A stretch of 61,559 bases of DNA from Chloroflexota bacterium (GTDB lineage: Bacteria; Chloroflexota; Dehalococcoidia; GIF9; UBA5629), in the NCBI GenBank assembly GCA_026389695.1, contig JAPLHI010000036.1, positions 1 through 61,559 of the forward strand. Reading direction: 5' to 3'. Position 1 is the stretch's first letter; each line of letters opens with the position of its first letter. The translations under genes were made by a program, and so were the position numbers. Below the pieces are notes generated by a model. The model worked only from the letters and a program-made list of their open reading frames with translations. It was not told the DNA's origin and made no database searches. Of this stretch, positions 57,250-61,559 are shown in pieces.

Positions 57250-58284
57250 TTGGTTCAGATAGTTTTACCAAAAATTGAATGTGTCGATTTCCGGGAAAAT
57301 TACTGCAAGTTTGTTGCCGAACCGGTTGAAAAAGGATTTGGAGTAATTCTTGGTAATAGTCTGCGCAGGGTGCTCCTCAGTTCGCTACCCGGAGCCGCTG
57401 TTAGGTCCGTTTTAATTGACGGAATAACTCAGGAGTTCAGTACCATCCCGTATATGAAAGAGGACGTAACCGATTTCCTGCTCAATGTAAGGGGTATAAG
57501 GATTCGTATGCTGGCTAAAGATGTGGATACCGGAAAAATGACTTTGGATATCAGGGGCAGGACGAATATACATGCTTCAGATATCATAGTTGTGGGGGCG
57601 CCGAATTTCGAAATAGTCAATCCTGATCTTCATCTGGCTACGCTTGATTCCAATGATGCTAAGTTAAATGTGGAATTTACAGTGAAGGTAGGTAAGGGCT
57701 ACCAGCCGGCCATTGCTGGCGACAATGTTGGTATCATTGTTACAAGCGCGGGAACCAGTAAGGAGATTTCCGTAGACGCCATTTTTTCACCTGTAACCAG
57801 GGCTAATTACGTAATTGAGAGCAGTGGGCCGGGACAAGGTACCGGTAAAGAAAGACTGGTTCTGGAAGTCTGGACGGACGGCACGGTTGATCCCATAGAG
57901 GCTGTAGGTGAGAGCGCAAATATACTGGTTGAACAATTTAGTAATTTTAAAGGGTTAGCAAGTACAATAGCAGAAAAAGAAGAAATCGAATCTCTGCAAA
58001 AATCAATACCTCAGGAAGTCTATAACCTGCCTCTTGATAAACTCAACTTATCAACACACACATATAACAGCCTGCGCCGCGGCGGGATCACCCTGGCAGG
58101 GCAGTTACTTGAAAAAGGTTTGGACGGATTGATGTCGCTGGGCGGATTCGGAGCAAAATCCAAAGAAGAAGTTGAAGTTGCTTTGAAAGAGTTGGGTATA
58201 GAATTACCTATTAATCAAAATGATAAAGATAAGAAAAAGAAGGCACGTGTAAAAACCTCCGCTTCAGAAGGTGAAGATCAATGA
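57250..58284 (+). CDS. rpoA: DNA-directed RNA polymerase subunit alpha
   Basis: N-terminal dimerisation domain (GNSLRRVLLSSLPGAA) and alpha-CTD (LSTHTYNSLRRGGI); 344 aa. Confidence 0.96.
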   Translation: MVQIVLPKIECVDFRENYCKFVAEPVEKGFGVILGNSLRRVLLSSLPGAAVRSVLIDGITQEFSTIPYMKEDVTDFLLNVRGIRIRMLAKDVDTGKMTLDIRGRTNIHASDIIVVGAPNFEIVNPDLHLATLDSNDAKLNVEFTVKVGKGYQPAIAGDNVGIIVTSAGTSKEISVDAIFSPVTRANYVIESSGPGQGTGKERLVLEVWTDGTVDPIEAVGESANILVEQFSNFKGLASTIAEKEEIESLQKSIPQEVYNLPLDKLNLSTHTYNSLRRGGITLAGQLLEKGLDGLMSLGGFGAKSKEEVEVALKELGIELPINQNDKDKKKKARVKTSASEGEDQ

Positions 58285-58634
58285 GACATCAGTTAGCAGG
58301 AAGAAAATTGGGAAGGCGGACCGCACACCGCTGGTCCTTATATCGTAATCTCACTACGGATCTTTTGAGATACGGGAAGATAACAACGACGCTGCCAAAA
58401 GCGAAGGAAATGAAAAGCCTTGCTGATAAAATGGTTACGCTTGGTAAAGAGGGTAGCCTTGCATCGCGCAGGCGTGCTTTTGCTTTTATCTATGATGAGA
58501 AAGTCGTGGACAAGGTATTTGATGAATATGCTACCAGGTATAAATCTCGCTCCGGCGGATATACCCGTGTATTAAAGCTGGGTCCGCGCGAAGGTGACAG
58601 GGCGCCGATGGCTCAGATTGAGATGGTGGAATAA
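58281..58634 (+). CDS. rplQ: 50S ribosomal protein L17
   Basis: MRHQLAGRKLGRRTAHR...GGYTRVLKLGPREGD. Confidence 0.97.
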   Translation: MRHQLAGRKLGRRTAHRWSLYRNLTTDLLRYGKITTTLPKAKEMKSLADKMVTLGKEGSLASRRRAFAFIYDEKVVDKVFDEYATRYKSRSGGYTRVLKLGPREGDRAPMAQIEMVE

Positions 58635-58648
58635 ACTCTACTTTGTAG

Positions 58649-59443
58649 GTGGAGCTCTTTAATAATCTGAAAAAAGTTGTACTGGTAATTGAATATGAAG
58701 GCGAGCGTTACTGCGGGTTCCAGTGGCAAAAAGGATCACCTACAGTCCAGGATGAACTGGAAAAGGCTATACAAAAGCTGACAGCCGAAAGTGTAAAAGT
58801 AATAGCAGCCTGCAGGACTGATACGGGAGTCCATGCTATAGGTCAGGTGGTTAGCTTCAGAACTCATTCTGAACTGCCGCCTCAAACATTCATACGTGGG
58901 CTCAACCATTACCTGCCGGGCGATATTTCTGTTACCAGGGCGGGTTTTGTTAGCGAGAGATTTAATGTGAGGAAGGAGGCTTTAAAAAGGGAGTACGAAT
59001 ACCGTATTTTGAACAGGCAGAGCCGTTCTCCCCTGGTTGCAGACTATTCCTTTCTCGTACCTTATAAATTGAATATTGAGAGCATGAATACGGCCAGCGG
59101 CCTGTTAATCGGTGAACATGATTTTGCATCCTTCGTAACCACATGGGACAGGAAGGAAAAAAGTACAGTTCGCCGTGTGTACGAGGCTGAGGTAATAAAA
59201 AAAGACGATATGGTGACCGTCCGCATAGTTGCCAATTCGTTTTTAACGCATCAGGTACGCAACACGGCAGGGACATTGCTACAAGTAGGCTCAGGCAAAA
59301 TAGGAGTCGAGGAGTTTAAAAATATATTAGAAGCTAAGAGATTAAGTCTGGCGGGGCCGACTGCTCCCGCAAAGGGGCTGTGCCTCACCGGGGTTATCTA
59401 TCCAGAGAATTCGGAGTTCAAATATGAAAACCTATGCACCTAA
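58649..59443 (+). CDS. truA: tRNA pseudouridine(38-40) synthase TruA
   Basis: [12 protein letters not shown] and CRTDTGVHA (catalytic Asp motif); 264 aa. Confidence 0.92.
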   Translation: MELFNNLKKVVLVIEYEGERYCGFQWQKGSPTVQDELEKAIQKLTAESVKVIAACRTDTGVHAIGQVVSFRTHSELPPQTFIRGLNHYLPGDISVTRAGFVSERFNVRKEALKREYEYRILNRQSRSPLVADYSFLVPYKLNIESMNTASGLLIGEHDFASFVTTWDRKEKSTVRRVYEAEVIKKDDMVTVRIVANSFLTHQVRNTAGTLLQVGSGKIGVEEFKNILEAKRLSLAGPTAPAKGLCLTGVIYPENSEFKYENLCT

Positions 59444-59873
59444 ACTAAAAGATATCGAACGCAAATGGCATTTGATTGATGCCGATGGGCAGATCTTGGG
59501 AAGGCTTTGTTCCCAGGTAGCGAAGCTGCTGATTGGCAAGCATAAAGCTATGTTCACACCGAATACCGATACCGGCGATTTCGTTATCGTGATTAATGCA
59601 GCCAGGATAAGAGTAACCGGGAAAAAAGCTACGGATAAGAGCTATTATAGGTATTCCGGATACCCCGGAGGTATGCGGGAAACTACATTGGAGGAAATGC
59701 TCCAGAAACATCCTGCAAGGGTAATTGAGCATGCTGTTAAAGGCATGCTTCCGCATACCAGGTTGGGTAGGGCGATGTATAAAAAACTGAAGGTTTATGT
59801 CGGTGACAAACACCCGCATCAGGCACAGTTGGCAGGTTCAAAAGATTCTGAAAAAGGGAGTGCTGGCAAATGA
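59424..59873 (+). CDS. rplM: 50S ribosomal protein L13
   Basis: [15 protein letters not shown]... Confidence 0.97.
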   Translation: MKTYAPKLKDIERKWHLIDADGQILGRLCSQVAKLLIGKHKAMFTPNTDTGDFVIVINAARIRVTGKKATDKSYYRYSGYPGGMRETTLEEMLQKHPARVIEHAVKGMLPHTRLGRAMYKKLKVYVGDKHPHQAQLAGSKDSEKGSAGK

Positions 59874-60265
59874 GTACAGCAACTTATAATCGTACTACAG
59901 GAAGGCGTAAATGCGCTATAGCCCAGGCAAAATTATCCTCCGGCTCAGGTGAGATTACTGTAAATGGGAAGCCATATCAACAGGCTTTTCCGCTGACTGA
60001 TCACAGGAGGACGATTGAGCAGCCCTTCATAGTTACGGACACACTGGGTAAGTATAATGTTGAGATTAAGGTAACCGGTGGCGGTATCACCGGCCAGGCA
60101 GGAGCCATCCGGCTTGCCATAGCGCGTGGGCTGGTTTCTGTAAATGAGAATTTTAAAGGCGTTTTGCGTCAGCATGGGTTGCTGACACGCGATCCGAGGA
60201 TTAAAGAGCGCAAGAAATACGGCCTCAAACGTGCCCGCAAAGCCCCGCAGTACACCAAGCGTTAA
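59870..60265 (+). CDS. rpsI: 30S ribosomal protein S9
   Basis: [12 protein letters not shown]..., C-terminal RKAPQYTKR. Confidence 0.97.
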   Translation: MSTATYNRTTGRRKCAIAQAKLSSGSGEITVNGKPYQQAFPLTDHRRTIEQPFIVTDTLGKYNVEIKVTGGGITGQAGAIRLAIARGLVSVNENFKGVLRQHGLLTRDPRIKERKKYGLKRARKAPQYTKR

Positions 60266-60287
60266 CGGATTATTAAAACGGTAACTA

Positions 60288-60320
60288 AATTCCCCTCCTA
60301 TTAGGAGGGGAATTTTTATT
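60288..60320. terminator. bidirectional intrinsic terminator between rpsI and the PGI/PMI gene
   Basis: AATTCCCCTCC-TATTA-GGAGGGGAATT: an 11-bp perfect stem followed by TTTTATTTT. Overlaps the stop codon of the minus-strand gene. Confidence 0.8.
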
Positions 60321-61380
60321 TTGCTTTGGAAAGGCGTTTTTTTAAGAAGTCGATTTCGGGGACGGGAGTTGGGTCAACACCGATTAAAATAGCCAGGTAA
60401 TAGCTTACCCAGTCGCCCAGGAAAACCAGGCTCATAATATGTTTTAGCGGATTAATCCCATCGCTGTCGAGTATTTGATACTGTATTTTTTGCTGTTCGA
60501 GGAGCTCACCGGTGATCTTGTAACGTATCAACGTGCGCGGATGCAGCGACGGACAGCGCAGCATTAAGACGAATAATTGCTCTCTCAAACTTGCAGGGTA
60601 GCGATATCCGATAACAGCGTTATGATTTAGCTCCGGTAAGACTTCAAAAAAAGCCCAGGATTTACTGTTTTCGTTTATCTGCGTCTTCCACCTGCGCGCT
60701 ACATCAGCAAGAATGCCGCTCCCATAAATGACGATCAGCTTTCCATCCAGCTTCAGGGCCAGCTTCTTTGCCTGATTATGCTCAATGGACGTATCTTCCT
60801 GCCATGACTCGCACAACGTTTCCAGGGAACGGACCATGCTGTCCACCTCTGCCGATTTGTCACTAATAATGCCAAGGTTTTGCATTATGGCCAGCAGGGG
60901 TAGCAAACTATACCCCAGCGCTGCCCTGGGCGGAGAAACGTGCTCTATGACGAAAATTGGTACCCCTGCTTCACGTGCCAGGGAGGTAAGTTTACCGCCC
61001 GTTGAAATTACCAGCTTTTTACACTTACAATCCAGTGCCTGTGTAAACCCCGAAAGTGTTTCTTCGGTATTGCCTGAATAGCTCGACGCAACAACCAGTG
61101 TATTTTCGTCAACATAAGATGGAAGATCATAATCACGGTGTACCATAATAAGGGGGCTATTAGAGGAAAATGTGCTGGCACGCAGCAGATCGCCGCCGAT
61201 GGCGGAACCTCCCATTCCCAGTATAAGTACCTTATTAACCTTCTTGTAATCTTCTGGTAACTTAAGACTTGAAGCTTTTTCCCACGCATTACGGCATTGA
61301 GCAGGCAAACCCTGTATTTGCAAGCGCATCCCGGACTTATCTAAAGAATTGAATGAGGCTGAGTCATCCAGATTATTCAT
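60316..61380 (-). CDS. bifunctional phosphoglucose/phosphomannose isomerase (SIS-domain, archaeal-type PGI/PMI)
   Basis: 354 aa; SIS motif ILGMGGSAIGG...SYSGNTEET and a C-terminal PGI/PMI family region. Confidence 0.8.
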   Translation of the reverse strand: MNNLDDSASFNSLDKSGMRLQIQGLPAQCRNAWEKASSLKLPEDYKKVNKVLILGMGGSAIGGDLLRASTFSSNSPLIMVHRDYDLPSYVDENTLVVASSYSGNTEETLSGFTQALDCKCKKLVISTGGKLTSLAREAGVPIFVIEHVSPPRAALGYSLLPLLAIMQNLGIISDKSAEVDSMVRSLETLCESWQEDTSIEHNQAKKLALKLDGKLIVIYGSGILADVARRWKTQINENSKSWAFFEVLPELNHNAVIGYRYPASLREQLFVLMLRCPSLHPRTLIRYKITGELLEQQKIQYQILDSDGINPLKHIMSLVFLGDWVSYYLAILIGVDPTPVPEIDFLKKRLSKAK

Positions 61381-61383
61381 AGT

Positions 61384-61559
61384 TTACGCCCCCAACATCT
61401 CGCGACCGTACTGAAGAAGACTCTGAACTTCCTGCCGGCTTTTGCTTTCTGCATAAATGCGTATTAAGGGCTCGGTGCCGGAAAAACGCACCAGCAGCCA
61501 TGAACCGTCTTCAAGTTTATAGCGGAAACCATCACGGGTATCAAGCTTAACAACTTTCA
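61384..61559 (-). CDS. phosphoglucomutase/phosphomannomutase-family protein, C-terminal fragment (5' end outside window)
   Basis: The reverse-strand translation ends ...DGSWLLVRFSGTEPLIRIYAESKSRQEVQSLLQYGREMLGA, then stop (61384-61386). FSGTEPLIR is the domain-4 signature. Confidence 0.8.
   Translation of the reverse strand, partial: KVVKLDTRDGFRYKLEDGSWLLVRFSGTEPLIRIYAESKSRQEVQSLLQYGREMLGA

Noticed and set aside
1-61559. Scan for CRISPR-like direct repeats, IS elements or inverted repeats, integrases, toxin-antitoxin pairs, restriction or other defence genes.
   Set aside because: None was seen. Apart from the acs block and a few uncharacterised genes, the window is core housekeeping sequence.

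Overview
This is a 61.6-kb chromosomal window of core genome. Gene content and synteny suggest a Chloroflexota (Dehalococcoidia-like) bacterium, but that is inference only. All calls rest on reading the supplied translations and the DNA; no database search was possible.

**Layout**
- **0.9-13.0 kb, minus strand:** a tightly packed acetyl-CoA synthase block. In transcription order it carries acsE, acsD/cdhD, a CdhA-like CODH homolog, acsB/cdhC and acsC/cdhE. After a 209-nt spacer come nuoE-like, nuoF-like, cooC/acsF, a small DUF3786-like ORF and a fused CoA-transferase.
- **13-20.5 kb:** rnhA, gyrB, a GAF-GGDEF gene, nadD, obg and dnaA. A candidate oriC (AT-rich tract plus DnaA boxes) lies just 3' of dnaA.
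- **20.5-40.4 kb:** housekeeping and miscellaneous genes, namely fmt, a Zn-peptidase, mazG, tRNA-Pro(CGG), an apgM-like gene, aspartokinase, an Nfu-like gene, a TPR gene, gyrA, marC, hydrolases, an M50 protease, uspA, rmuC, two tandem zinc-ribbon membrane paralogs, ctc/L25 and a radical SAM gene.
- **40.7-60.3 kb:** the str-S10-spc-alpha ribosomal superoperon, then truA-rplM-rpsI. The window ends with a PGI/PMI gene and a PGM/PMM fragment.

I saw no mobile element, CRISPR array or recognisable defence system.

**Most notable observations**
1. The CODH-like subunit in the acs block appears to have lost most C-cluster ligand residues, while the neighbouring ACS keeps intact A-cluster motifs. The block is also wired to an orphan NuoEF-like flavoprotein and a CoA-transferase.
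2. Two small genes are missing from the ORF track: a bS22-like 31-codon gene between rplW and rplB, and rpmJ.
3. A promoter plus a terminator-like long hairpin sits just upstream of rpsL.
4. Several genes, two of them essential, carry lesions: acsE is 5'-truncated, rnhA has no usable start codon, gyrB is frameshifted, the GAF-GGDEF gene has an in-frame TAG, and the rplO/secY junction is collapsed. These point to assembly or sequence errors or to unusual decay, and they limit how far functional claims can go.
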